In this document: in pieces, positions 12,267-23,142 of the stretch
How the letters are laid out: each line of letters begins with the position of its first letter
How positions within the stretch are numbered: position 1 is the first letter of the stretch
Source: Terriglobia bacterium
GTDB taxonomy: Bacteria > Acidobacteriota > Terriglobia > 20CM-2-55-15
DNA: 64,000 nucleotides
NCBI GenBank assembly: GCA_965218585.1
Contig: CBDCLE010000001.1
Location: 32,001 to 96,000, forward strand
Direction: 5' to 3'
The notes under the pieces: generated by a model
What the model was told of the DNA's origin: nothing
Seen by the model: the letters and a program-made list of their open reading frames with translations, nothing else
The model's database searches: none
Made by a program: the position numbers and the translations under genes

Positions 12267-12467
12267 GACTAAACGTAACGGAATCCGATACGCTTAGTCA
12301 AGATACGGCGCAAGCGCTCCGACCACAAAAACAGAACGGGAGCGTGCGGCCAGGCCTTCCTTGGTGACAGCCTCCGCTCGCCCCGTCCGTGTGATTTGCT
12401 CGTCCGCGCACGCACGACGGTAGCAATCGGCCGGGTGACCGGACAGCACTCTCGGACGGGTGCTGCT

Positions 12468-12697
12468 GTACGTTTCGACACTTCATCAGTGGTTCCCTCG
12501 CGGTCCTCTTCTTGCCTGTCACCTGACCCGATCATTGCCCGGCCTTTTCCTTCTGCGCTCACGACCACGGCTTTTGACCGCAGCCGCCGAAGGTGGTTTG
12601 AAACCCGCTCCTGCAAGCCGGTTCCGAGGGGCCCTCCCTCATCAGTTGAGTAGTTACGCACTTGAAAGCCTCTCGGCCTTCAGCGCTCGTGGCACAC
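12468..12697 (-). ncRNA. Group II intron 5' remnant (part of domain I)
   Basis: Begins GTGTGCC right after IS6 codon ATG (GYEAM|); contains GGCTGCGGTCAAAAGC and GAACCACTGATGAAGTGTCGAAA, which resemble group II domain I; no RT or DV/DVI. Confidence 0.65.
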
Positions 12698-13324
12698 CAT
12701 GGCCTCATATCCTTGGATCATTCGCCGCGCCGCGTGGAATTCACGAAAGCCCTGCTTGGCTTTCACTCGTCTTTTGATCGCTCGATGATCCTGCTCCAGG
12801 ATGTTGTTCAAGTATTGGATCGGCCGGTGGCGGCAACGGCGTCGCAGGATTCCTTCCTGCTTCACTCCTGAAATCGCCGCCCCATAGAAGCGTGCTTGGT
12901 CCGTATTGATAACCCGAAGCTGTCGATGTGACGGATCCGTCAGCGCCTTACGGAACAGGCGTTTGGCCGTAGCGGCATCGCGCAACCCCGAGAGCACGAA
13001 GTCGATCGTGGCTCCGGTGGAATCGACGGCTCGGTAGAGGTAGCACCAACGGCCCTTGACACGAACGTAGGTCTCATCGACACGCCAGGACCTGTTGGTT
13101 GGCTTGAGATGACGGCGCAGCCGCTCCTCCAGTTCAGGACCGTAGCGCTGGACCCAGCGCCAGATTGTCGTGTGGTCTGCCTTCAGGCCGCGCTCGCTGA
13201 GCAGCTTTTCGACATCGCGGAACGACAGCGAGTACCGCAGGTACCAGCGCACGGCACAAAGAATCAGCTCGGGCTCTACTATGCGGTCCCGAACAGTTAC
13301 CCATCCCTCCAGAGGTTTGCGCAC
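12698..13324 (-). pseudogene. IS6-family transposase fragment
   Basis: AVRWYLRYSLS, WRVDETYVRVKG.W.YLYRAVD, YLNNILEQDHR. Confidence 0.88.
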
Positions 13325-13329
13325 CGCCT

Positions 13330-13446
13330 CAGAATGCTATGGCTGCGCGCCATTCGGCAACCTCGGTGGGTGGGAGCTGGCCGGTTGATGAAACGTTGAT
13401 CAAGATTCAGGGCGCGTGGATGTATCTGTACCGCGCCGTGGATGGA
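13330..13446 (+). pseudogene. Second small IS6 transposase fragment
   Basis: W.VDETLIKIQGAWMYLYRAVD. Confidence 0.7.
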
Positions 13447-14509
13447 CAATGCCCTCCGGTGGTACACTGCAAGCATAGTCCGCAGCGCCGCGCGCCAAGG
13501 GAGCAGGACTCATACGTTGAAGCAAAGAGCGTATATTCTGAAAAAGACATCAATTCTGGGGCTTCTCGTCTTGGCGCTATGGGGCTTGCCGGCTCCGGCG
13601 CAGGGGCAGGGCTGGTATCTGGGGAGCGAGCTGGGCGCGCACGTGGTCCCGGCCCTGGGAATGACCGGGCTGTCCAACGACCGGGCCAGTGTGTGTGACG
13701 AGTTCATCAATCCGCAGTATGCAACGGTGACACAGGTGGCGGGGTATGAAGCCTACAACTGCACGGGGCCGGATCGCCGGGATGACTGGGTCAACCGATT
13801 CGCCCGAGCTACGGGTCTGCAGACCAGTTGGGTGCTGGGGTATCGCTTTGGGGCGGGCGATTCTGGTCCGCGGTGGCGCCACGTGCGGACGGAGGTGGAA
13901 TACTTCTACCGCACCACCACGTACGACCAGACCGTCGCCGTGCCCGGCCTCAGCGCTGGCTCGGGCAGCGTCACTGCCGACAGTCTGAATCAAGAACTTC
14001 AGACGGCAACGGACTACCTGGGCCGCGTGGCCTCGAACACACTGTTCGCGAACCTGTATTGGGACATCCGGACCCGCAGTCGGTTCACGCCCTATGTCGG
14101 CGTGGGTCTGGGGATCGGATCGCTCGCGATGACCTACGCCAGCCTGTGGTCCAGGAACGCAAATCCCACCGCAATCACCACCGGCGAGGGGCTTCCCAAC
14201 ATGGACGAGATTCGCCAGAACTTGGCGGCCACAACAAGCAGTTTCCATGGCACCCTGTCCGACCGGCTGGTCCGCCACCAGGTGCTCGTCGGGGTGCACT
14301 ACGCGCTAACGGAGAACCTTTCGGTGGGCGTCAAGGGCCGCTGGGTCCGCGGCGGGTCCTTCGAGAATGACACAGCGATCGTCTGGGATCCCCTGCGCAG
14401 TCACGCCCCCAATCTGCGCCGCGATGGAAGCGAACCCGTCGCGGGGCAGATTCTGACCGATGCCAGCACGCTCTGGGGTGTGGGCCTAAGTCTCACGTAC
14501 TACTTCTAA
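13442..14509 (+). CDS. Outer-membrane beta-barrel protein (true start probably ~13517-13538)
   Basis: Signal peptide ending APAQG, ANLYWD..TPYVGVGLG, C-terminal YYF. Confidence 0.75.
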   Translation: MDNALRWYTASIVRSAARQGSRTHTLKQRAYILKKTSILGLLVLALWGLPAPAQGQGWYLGSELGAHVVPALGMTGLSNDRASVCDEFINPQYATVTQVAGYEAYNCTGPDRRDDWVNRFARATGLQTSWVLGYRFGAGDSGPRWRHVRTEVEYFYRTTTYDQTVAVPGLSAGSGSVTADSLNQELQTATDYLGRVASNTLFANLYWDIRTRSRFTPYVGVGLGIGSLAMTYASLWSRNANPTAITTGEGLPNMDEIRQNLAATTSSFHGTLSDRLVRHQVLVGVHYALTENLSVGVKGRWVRGGSFENDTAIVWDPLRSHAPNLRRDGSEPVAGQILTDASTLWGVGLSLTYYF

Positions 14510-14554
14510 AGGGTTCTGGTGCAGACAGCCAACGGAGACCGGTGATACTGGGAT

Positions 14555-14749
14555 ATGGCGCATCGGAAAACTGAACGGAATCCTCTATTCTCAGCGGTTC
14601 GACAGCGTGGCAGTCACATCGCGATGCAGCAGCGATCCGGCAGCACCACGCCGACCGTTCCGGTCCCGGACCATTCCGAACTCACGTTTGGCACGCTGTC
14701 CAGCATCATCCGGCAATCCGGCGTGGCACGGAGCCTCTTCGAGCGCTAG
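14555..14749 (+). pseudogene. hicA: HicA-like toxin, degenerate
   Basis: RQRGSH...VPVPDHSEL..GTLSSIIRQSG. Confidence 0.7.
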
Positions 14750-15055
14750 TGTCCCGCCTTGCAGCCCAGGACACCAGCGACGCGTACATTGGCCGCGGAC
14801 ACTACCTCGAAACGCGCTCTCATTGAACAAGACGCCAACGTCCTCCTTTTAACGCGTATCGATACGCTCATTGCGAGAGCCGACCTCGCCGCACTGCGAG
14901 CCGACCTTAAGGAAGAAGACTCGATTCAGCCAAGGCAGCAGATGGTGACGATCCCCCGCGCCCAGCGCTCGATATCATCGTCCGCGCAGACATTTGAACC
15001 GTAGACTCCGACCGTAGCGATTGAAGCTCACCGCACACCAATTACGTCTCCCGTC

Positions 15056-16160
15056 ATGAAACACCACGACTTCGATGAAAAGGACTGGATCGCACGGCTA
15101 GGCGCCGTCCTCGATACAGTCGCGCCCACGGCGAGACCCCAGATTCCCGATCCGGCGGGATACACGCGACTAATTTCGTTCGAGCAATATCGCGAACTCC
15201 GGGTATCGCGCGAAGGACGATCCCGGTGTTCGGAAGATATTCGAGGACTCTCATCTGTGGTTCGACTCCGACCCGATCGAAGCCACGGCAGTCCTTCGGG
15301 AACATCCGCTTGTCCAGCGAGGATTGACCGGTCCGGATAGCGATCCGGTGCTTGGGTTTGTCCGGTTCACCGGGTCGTTTCATGCCGACTTGAAGCGGCT
15401 CGTATCCAACTTGACAAAGCACGCGATCAAGGAAAGTGGCAAGCGCGCCGCTGAATCGATGCATCGTTACCTGACCCTGGCCGAGGCCGGAAACCTTCCG
15501 CGACTGAAATCATTCTCTTCCACGGATTGACGATGGACAGCCGAGTCGATCTTGGCAGCGGTGCCTTCCTTGCGCCTTACGATGACGTGAAGGCGGACTA
15601 CGACTTGCGCGACGATCCTGACGCCCGGTCCTATGAGACAAGAGAAAGTAGCGATGGGTCTCAGCCCACGGTAGATGTGTCCGGTGCTCGTCAGAGGAAT
15701 GACCTGGGGCCCTGGAGTCGCACCGCACCATCCGGCAGACCTGTTCGGAACGCCACGGGCTGTCGACTACAGGGTTCGATTCCGCTTTCCCGATGACTAC
15801 GAGATCGTGCTCGACGAGCATATCTTTCCAAGCGACTACTCGATCTTGATGGAGCTACTCTCCATCGCGGCCCGCAGTCTTCTGCTTTCGCGCACCAGAT
15901 TTGTGCGCGTCGCAAAGTGGATCGAGGAGATCGATCCGAACTTCGCTTTCGGAGCCGAGGCCCGCGGCGGCTTCCTTTCCGACACGCCGCCAAGAGGGCT
16001 TCCCTTGACAGCCGAGCATGTCGCGGTGTTCGCGAAATTGAGCAAGGGTTGGAGACGATATGGCGGCAAGCAGGACCCCATGCACCTTGCCATCCATCGC
16101 CTTGCCGCTTCCTTTTCGCGACCGGGGAGCCGGTTTGGCACCGAGGACCGGGTTCTCGAT
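15056..16160 (+). pseudogene. Fragmented hypothetical gene, possibly a HEPN-type protein lacking its C-terminus
   Basis: Chain of frameshifted ORFs 15056-15340, 15324-15530, 15527-15796 and 15675-16235; LAIHRLAAS...EDRVLD resembles the helix preceding HEPN domains. Confidence 0.4.
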
Positions 16161-16332
16161 ACCCCGGGGAGGCGTCGGAGGAGTTTTCCACACCTTGTCC
16201 ATGGCACCGCGTGCTTCGAGCGGCATTGCTGGTGATCATCGGAGTCGCGGATTAGCCGCCGTCCGTTAGGCCCCTTACACTATGGAATCCACTTGGCGGT
16301 AAAACCGGCTATTGGGAGAAATACCATTCTCA

Positions 16333-16360
16333 AGTCCCGACAAATCATCTTGTCGGACGT
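16333..16360. other. dif-like 11-6-11 palindromic site, copy 1
   Basis: AGTCCCGACAA-ATCATC-TTGTCGGACGT. Confidence 0.5.
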
Positions 16361-16655
16361 TGAGATTTCACACCCTGGGCCACAACCAGCCGAGTCCGTC
16401 GAGTCATCCCCTAAAACCAACAACTTAGAATCGAGGCTATGGGGCGAGACGTCGTTCGCTCCGGCCAGTGCCACTCCAGTCACCCCAGTCAGGGCTTTTC
16501 TCCTTCACTCAATATTCATATATAGAAAGACCAAAACTCGACATATAGCCGGGGTAGAGACGGGGTGACAGGGGTGGCACCTATGGCACGGGTGAGCTTG
16601 CCAGTTAGAAGCGATTGGACAGACCCGGGTTTGTCTGTGAGGATAGTGGTAATCA

Positions 16656-18191
16656 GTGACCAACCGAAACACACAGGCCGCGTGGGAATATCACGACGTA
16701 ACAAAACATTCGCAGTCGAGCGTCCGGAGCAACGCTCACTGGCTAGATTTCTCGAATCAGCCCATTCCGTTCAAGATTTATCCCAAACTGGAGCCGATCC
16801 GGCTGGATCCGTCGATTGGTAGGACCGAGGTCCCCGCTCTCCTGGCAATGTCGGCAACCGAGCTCGATACGGAAACCGAAACTGTTCCGAACCTGAAGCA
16901 ACTGGGCCAGTTGCTGTACTTTTCAGCAGGCGTCACCAAGAAAGTCGATTACCCGGGTGGTACACAGTACTTCCGCGCCGCGTCCTGCACGGGAGCGCTC
17001 TATGAGATCGAGTTGTACATCGTATGCAGCGATCTTGAGGGGTTGAGCGCAGGCGTATACCAGTTCGGCCCGGGCGACTTCGGCCTGCGGCGACTGCGCG
17101 AAGGGGATTTTCGGGGCGTGCTGTTCCAGGCGAGCGGGAACAATCCGGCAGTGGTTCGGGCTCCTGTGACCATCATCTGCACCGGCACTTACTGGCGGAA
17201 CGCCTGGAAGTATCAGGCCCGAACGTATCGTCATTTCGGCTGGGATAACGGCACGATCCTTGCGAACACGTTGGCTGTTGCGGATGCTCTCGGTCTCCCG
17301 GCGCAAGTGACATGTGGCTTTGTCGATTCTGAGGTCAATCGTTTGCTAGACCTCGATACGGAACGAGAGGTGGCATTTTCGATGATCCCGCTCGGCCTTT
17401 CGTCCGCTTCTCCCGGAACGTCTCGAAGGGAAGTCACGCCACTGAACCTCGACACGGTTCCTCTTTCAGAGAGCGAGGTGCAATACCCTCAGATGAGCCG
17501 AATACACCAGGCGTCGTCGCTTGAGACTGTAGAGGACGTTGCAGCTTGGAGCGGGAGTATTCCGGTCGCCCCGAGACCGTCTTTAGACAACAGAGCCGTT
17601 TCTCTCTTGCCACTGTCTGACGACCAGATTCCCCACGACGGCATCGAAAGCGTGATCCTCCGGCGCGGATCGACACGGCAGTTTGCGCGGGTATCGTTAG
17701 CGATGGAACAGTTTTCGACGATACTTGACCGCGCGACGCGAGGCATTCGCGCGGACTTTCTGACTCCGTTCGGTTCATCCTTGAATGACATTTATCTGAT
17801 CGTGAACGCTGTGGACGGAATCCAACCCGGTTCCTATGTCTACCATCGCAAAGAGAACAAGCTAGAACTCTTGAAACAAGGTGATTTCCGTGGCGTGGCC
17901 GCACACCTGGGTTTGGACCAACCGCTCCCCGGCGACGCCAGTGTTGCCGTCTTTTTTCTGGCAGACCTCGGGCCGATCTTAGAACGGTTCGGGAACCGCG
18001 GATACCGTGCCGTTCAGCTCGAAGCCGGAATCCTCGGTGGAAAACTCTATCTGGCCGCCTACGCCCTGCGTCTCGGCGCTACGGGGCTCACCTTCTACGA
18101 CGACGAGGTGGTCGATTTCTTTTCACCCCACGCCGCCGGTAAGAGTGCAATCTTCCTGATGGCACTGGGCAAAAGCGTCAAGCGCACCTAG
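16656..18191 (+). CDS. SagB/ThcOx-family nitroreductase-like dehydrogenase (two domains)
   Basis: YHDVTKHS, RAASCTGALYEIE, WKYQARTYRH, FYDDEV. Confidence 0.88.
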   Translation: MTNRNTQAAWEYHDVTKHSQSSVRSNAHWLDFSNQPIPFKIYPKLEPIRLDPSIGRTEVPALLAMSATELDTETETVPNLKQLGQLLYFSAGVTKKVDYPGGTQYFRAASCTGALYEIELYIVCSDLEGLSAGVYQFGPGDFGLRRLREGDFRGVLFQASGNNPAVVRAPVTIICTGTYWRNAWKYQARTYRHFGWDNGTILANTLAVADALGLPAQVTCGFVDSEVNRLLDLDTEREVAFSMIPLGLSSASPGTSRREVTPLNLDTVPLSESEVQYPQMSRIHQASSLETVEDVAAWSGSIPVAPRPSLDNRAVSLLPLSDDQIPHDGIESVILRRGSTRQFARVSLAMEQFSTILDRATRGIRADFLTPFGSSLNDIYLIVNAVDGIQPGSYVYHRKENKLELLKQGDFRGVAAHLGLDQPLPGDASVAVFFLADLGPILERFGNRGYRAVQLEAGILGGKLYLAAYALRLGATGLTFYDDEVVDFFSPHAAGKSAIFLMALGKSVKRT

Positions 18192-18295
18192 TTCTCAGTA
18201 AGGGCGGATGCCGCCCCTGCCATGTGTGTCACGGCATTTCTATCCAGTTCAATACTTAGACACAGCGGGTGCCGGTCCCCTGATTTCTAAGGTCA

Positions 18296-18323
18296 AGTCC
18301 TGATAAATCATCTTGTCGGACGT
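18296..18323. other. dif-like 11-6-11 site, copy 2
   Basis: AGTCCTGATAA-ATCATC-TTGTCGGACGT, a direct repeat of 16333-16360 with 2 mismatches. Confidence 0.5.
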
Positions 18324-18462
18324 TGAGAATTGACTGTGTTGAGAATTGACTGTACGGTTAGGCGGCTTTACAAGCAGTGACCGCTCGATTGACCTCAAAT
18401 CCCTTCCCTCGTATTACTTAGCCAGATTTTTTCGGTTCTTACACCGAAACCGTTCGTCGGTA

Positions 18463-19827
18463 GAGGTCGTTCCAATCGGTGTGTAAAAAGAGAAGGCGGT
18501 GTACGCTTTCGGTGAATTCGGAACCGTAAGCAATCCCGGCAGCAATCGGGAGAAAGGTACACCACCCATGAAGAAGAAGAACATACCGGCATCAGTGGCG
18601 TCAACGAACGCGTATGAAGGTTTGGAGGACTGGGCGCGATCCCGGGTCCAAGTCTGGCTACAGGAGCTGCTCGAGGACGAAGTCACTCAATTTCTGGGTC
18701 GGGAAAAGTTGGAGCGGAGTCCGAATCGACGAGGATACCGGAACGGTCACGGGAAGCCGCGACGCTTCGCAATGATGAACGGTACGATGGAGGTTCGACG
18801 ACCTCGGGTTCGAAACACCGCCGAGCGGTTCGAGAGTCAGATCCTGCCGTATTTTCGACGGAAATCGAAACAGCTGGGCGAGCTACTTCCCGATCTCTAC
18901 CTCCACGGTCTGGCCACAGGGGACTTCGAGCAGGCCATGCGCGGACTGCTTGGCGCTGGCGCTCCGTTGTCGCGAGCATCGATCCAACGACTGAAATCGA
19001 CCTGGCAGTTGGAGTATGACGAGTGGGTCCAGCAGGACCTGTCCGGCCTCGAGGTCGTGTACCAGTGGGCAGACGGCTTGTACGTGAAAGCGGGGATCGC
19101 GAAAGAGCGAGCGGCATTGCTGGTGATCATCGGAGCCTTGTCAGACGGGCGCAAAGTGCTGTTGGCCTGTGAGAGCGGGCAGCGGGAAAGCAAGGAGTCC
19201 TGGAGCCGCATTCTGCGCAATCTCCAGAGACGGGGCCTGAAGCTGGGACGGCTGACTGTCGCGGACGGTCACCTGGGCATCTGGTCCGCGCTGGCCGAGC
19301 AACAGCCCCAGGGCCAGGAACAACGCTGCTGGAACCACAAGTCGATCAACGTGGTCGATCATCTGCCGAAGACCGAGCAGCCCGCGGCCAGACAGCTGCT
19401 CCATGGGATGGCCTTCGCGAACTCCCGCGCGGCCTGCGAACGAAAGCGGGATCAGTTCGTCCGCCGATATGAGAAGAACTATCCCAAAGCGGGTGAGACG
19501 CTGTTGCGGGACTGGGACCGGATGATTACTTTCTATGAGTTCCCGAAACAACACTGGGTGCATCTGAGAACAACCAACATCGTCGAATCGCCTTTCGACA
19601 TGGTTCGCCTCCGCACCAACGCCGCTCGCCGATTCAAGCGTGTCGAGAATGCAACGGCAATGATCTGGAAGCTACTACGTGTCGCTGAGAAGGCTTGGCG
19701 ACACTTAAAAGGATCCGAACTCTTACAAGAGGTCTATGATGGTCAGCAATTCGCTGACGGCATCAGAGTCGTGATGAAATCGAAGGCCGCTGCCTGATGA
19801 CTTTTACACACCTTTTGTAATGACCTC
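18463..19827 (+). mobile_element. Complete IS256-family element
   Basis: TIRs GAGGTC..GGTGTGTAAAA / TTTTACACACC..GACCTC; 8-bp TSD CGTCGGTA (18455-18462, 19828-19835). Confidence 0.95.
18568..19797 (+). CDS. IS256-family transposase
   Basis: RNGHGKPR, WADGLY, DGHLGIW, QRCWNHK, TTNIVES. Confidence 0.93.
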   Translation: MKKKNIPASVASTNAYEGLEDWARSRVQVWLQELLEDEVTQFLGREKLERSPNRRGYRNGHGKPRRFAMMNGTMEVRRPRVRNTAERFESQILPYFRRKSKQLGELLPDLYLHGLATGDFEQAMRGLLGAGAPLSRASIQRLKSTWQLEYDEWVQQDLSGLEVVYQWADGLYVKAGIAKERAALLVIIGALSDGRKVLLACESGQRESKESWSRILRNLQRRGLKLGRLTVADGHLGIWSALAEQQPQGQEQRCWNHKSINVVDHLPKTEQPAARQLLHGMAFANSRAACERKRDQFVRRYEKNYPKAGETLLRDWDRMITFYEFPKQHWVHLRTTNIVESPFDMVRLRTNAARRFKRVENATAMIWKLLRVAEKAWRHLKGSELLQEVYDGQQFADGIRVVMKSKAAA

Positions 19828-19890
19828 CGTCGGTATGATCCGTAGACTAAAAACACGAACTGCCTCCTGAGGCGCCCCTGGGCTAGGCTG

Positions 19891-21408
19891 CTAATCAATG
19901 TCGTGGGAATAGTGCACCGGACAGCCCGGGTGGAAAATGCCAACCTCTAGGTTGCTCGTGCAGAAGTCCCGGGCTCGCTGGACCTGTTCTTTGATCCCGG
20001 TTACTACCTCCTCGAACGATGTGACGATCCCGTGGACCGGGATGTTTATTGCCGGATCCAGTTCGTAGAGCATGACGCTGTCCAGATAGGCATCGCCCCA
20101 AAAATGCCAATCCCAGTTGTACGTTGTGAAGTCGCCTTCCAGGAAGATCCTGTGCTGCGGGATATAGGCGAACACCGCGTTGGCCATGTGGAGGTGGCCA
20201 ACCGCATGGTACACGTCCAGCCGCATGGTTTCGTCTTCGAGCACCAGGTGCTGGTCAACGGGAATGAACTTGAGCCGCTGTGGATTCCGCGCCAGCGCGT
20301 CGGGGAAGTTTGGTGCCGGGCGGGCGACCATCTCCTCGAAGATCTGCTCGTTACCACGATGCGTGATGATGGTCAGTCCACGAGAAACAGCCGCTCTCAA
20401 CCCCCCGGTATGGTCGAAGTGGTGGTGACTGACAATGACCTCGGTCACCTCTTTGCCCGGAACCAATTGGTTGGCGGCGTCGATCCGGGCCAGCGTGTTC
20501 GCTTCACTGCCATACGCCTCGAACATTGTCAGATGGTCGGCGAATTCGACCACCGCGCCACCGCTCCCCCCGCTGGCCGCCCTAACGTCCCAAACGCTGT
20601 CCGCAATCTGGGTGACCGCAACCTGCGGTTCGCCACCGCCACCGATTCGTTCCCCACTTCCAGCTTCGGGAAACTCCGGCATATCGCCGACATTCAAGCG
20701 GTAGGAGTCGACCTGGAACATCAGGGTGATAGTGTCCCTCCAGTCGATCTTATTCATCAGTCCAACGGGCAGTCGAACACCGTCGAATGGCAGATATCCC
20801 GTAAAGTACGCTGTATTGACAACCTCTCCGAGCGTCGAACTCGGACTGATCCAACGCACCCAAGCCGGCAGCCGGGTCAGAGGATCGATAGCGATCCACA
20901 AAGTGCTGTCCTGATCGATCGTGAACTCGACCACTGTCAGGCTGGCCTCAGTGGTCACTGGCCCCAACTCGGTTTCGGGATCCAGAGCCTTGAGCACCGC
21001 GGTTAGCGGGTGGTTGAGCATCGCGACGCCGGTCTGGACCAAATCGCTGCGGTTCCATGAATGACCTCTGCGGGCGGCGAATGGGAAGTCATTGCTCCTC
21101 CGATCTTGATTCAGCGCTTGCTCATTTCGAAGGTCGAAGCTTCGCTGAGCGTCGCGCACCGACTGCCATTTCGGCGGCGCGTTCGGATCGGGACTGAGGT
21201 TTCCACCGCCGCCTTGATAGATGCTCTGGCCGAAGCCGGTGTAGACGAAATTCTCAAGGTTTTCCAAACGTTCCAGACCGCCCATTGCATCAGCGGCGCT
21301 TTCGAGGATCGCTCTCGCCGTTTCCTGTTGAGCCAAGACCGTGCCAGAGGATACAAACAGACCGGCGATCATGCTGAGTCCCACTAGAGTCCAGTGTCGT
21401 TGTCGCAT
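19891..21408 (-). CDS. Secreted metallo-beta-lactamase-fold hydrolase
   Basis: Signal peptide; SHHHFDHTGG motif. Confidence 0.85.
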   Translation of the reverse strand: MRQRHWTLVGLSMIAGLFVSSGTVLAQQETARAILESAADAMGGLERLENLENFVYTGFGQSIYQGGGGNLSPDPNAPPKWQSVRDAQRSFDLRNEQALNQDRRSNDFPFAARRGHSWNRSDLVQTGVAMLNHPLTAVLKALDPETELGPVTTEASLTVVEFTIDQDSTLWIAIDPLTRLPAWVRWISPSSTLGEVVNTAYFTGYLPFDGVRLPVGLMNKIDWRDTITLMFQVDSYRLNVGDMPEFPEAGSGERIGGGGEPQVAVTQIADSVWDVRAASGGSGGAVVEFADHLTMFEAYGSEANTLARIDAANQLVPGKEVTEVIVSHHHFDHTGGLRAAVSRGLTIITHRGNEQIFEEMVARPAPNFPDALARNPQRLKFIPVDQHLVLEDETMRLDVYHAVGHLHMANAVFAYIPQHRIFLEGDFTTYNWDWHFWGDAYLDSVMLYELDPAINIPVHGIVTSFEEVVTGIKEQVQRARDFCTSNLEVGIFHPGCPVHYSHDID

Positions 21409-21676
21409 TTTCCCCTCCCGCGAACTTCTATTGTTGGATCCGTTTTCGAACCCGTCGTGATGCCTATTCATAGGACCTAAGAAAGAAGGTCTCCCACCCT
21501 ACTACGCGTTACTTCATGCAGTAATTACGGCAGAATTATTGCCTTCCACGTTGTGTTCACGCAAGGACTATGGCTTGCTAGTCCGGTCGTTTGTGCAGGC
21601 AGTGGTGGGTGATGCCGAGTAACTCACCAAACAAAATGCCCCAGACTGGCTTGCGACAACCCACCCGGACGTATAG

Positions 21677-23142
21677 TACTACTATGTTACAAACGAAGCG
21701 GTCCACAGAACGGACAACGAGGAAGCTGCTGAATCAGGAAGCGGGCGATGCGAATGCGAAGCGTGGCAATCGAGCAGGGGTTATGTCGTTCGGGCCGGAT
21801 CCGGGGTTCCGCGGGGTTTGAAGTGTTTGGGGAGTTTGGGGACGGATAGTCCAACATGCTCGACAAATGCAGAGGGGGAAAAACGGCTCCGCTCGGCGAC
21901 CAGGAACCCATAAGAGGCAATACATAAGGTGCCATGATGGTGAAATCCACGCCAGCCGCGACCTTCGTAGTGTCCCAGACCGAGTTCCTGCTTGAGTTCC
22001 TGATAGTCGCGTTCGATGATCCAGCGCTGTTTGGCCTGACCGGCCAGATCGGAAAGCGAGGTATGGGCCCCAAGAGTGGAGAGCCAGTACCGGATCGGTT
22101 CGGATGCGGTCTTGGGCCACTCGACCAACAACCACTCTTTCGGATGCGGCGAGTGGCGCTCGTGATCCAGATGAGCGGGACGAATGCGAACTGCGGCGAA
22201 ACGGGAACGCAGGGTCTCGGAGGTGCCTTCGCGCCAGGAGACGTTCTTCCAACGCTGGGGAGACAACGAGAGGGCCAGTTGCTTGACCGAAACCGGTTGA
22301 TGTTTCTTGTTGCGCTGCATGCGGGTCGGTGTCCGTCCGCGGCCGGTCAAGGATTTCGGCGGCAAGGGACCCTGGCCCGGTTTCCACACGGTCGTGGTGC
22401 CTTGCACCCCTAGGACGTAGCTAAGTCCGAGTTCGGTGATGCCGTGCCGGAACTTGTAGTTGTTGCCGTAGGCCGTATCGCCCAGAACCGGTGCCGGAGC
22501 AATGCCGTCATCGACGGCCTGCCGGATTTGTTCCAAAGCAATTTGAGGTTTAGTTTGAAATCGAACGTCTTCGGGAATAGCGGCTTTGCTTCGACGTTCC
22601 GGATCCTTCGCCCAGGTCTCGGGGAGGTAGAGTCGCCATGCCACCGGCAAGCTGGATTTCGCTGTCGCCACCGACAGGCTCACCGCCACCCGGCAGTTCT
22701 GGTTTGCCGACCTGTCCACAGTATTGCCGGGCCACACCCACCGAGTGGGTCCCCTTTTTCACGAATCCGGTGTCGTCGACAATCCAGGCTTCAATCGGAC
22801 CGTTGGCTTCCATCGCCCCCAGCGCGTACTGTCGAACTTCTGCCAACAGAGCCGCATCGTCCCAGGGCGCATCCGCGACCAGATGATGTAGCGACTGGTG
22901 CATTCGGCGTACATTATCCGGAGCCAATCGTGCAGCCATCGGCTCCACACTCTTACGTTTGATCGGCAGCAACAACCCGGTGCAGTACGACTTCAACGGT
23001 TCATGACGATCGGCGTGTCCTGCGGCCGACGCCAGGCGTTCCAAATAGGCCGCAAAACGTTTTTCCTGAGTGCCTGGCGCCTTCGATTTGGCGCTCATGA
23101 CCGGATGCTAACATAAAATAGACCGTTTGTAACATAGTAGCA
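21677..23142 (-). mobile_element. IS701-family element with frameshifted transposase (21781-23098)
   Basis: TIR CTACTATGTTACAAACG at both ends, ATAG duplication (21673-76, 23143-46); DDTGFVKKG.HSVGVARQYCG and LGLGHYEGRGW motifs. Confidence 0.92.

Noticed and set aside
16656-18191. RiPP (thiazole/oxazole) biosynthetic cluster
   Set aside because: Stand-alone SagB-like gene; no YcaO or precursor peptide nearby
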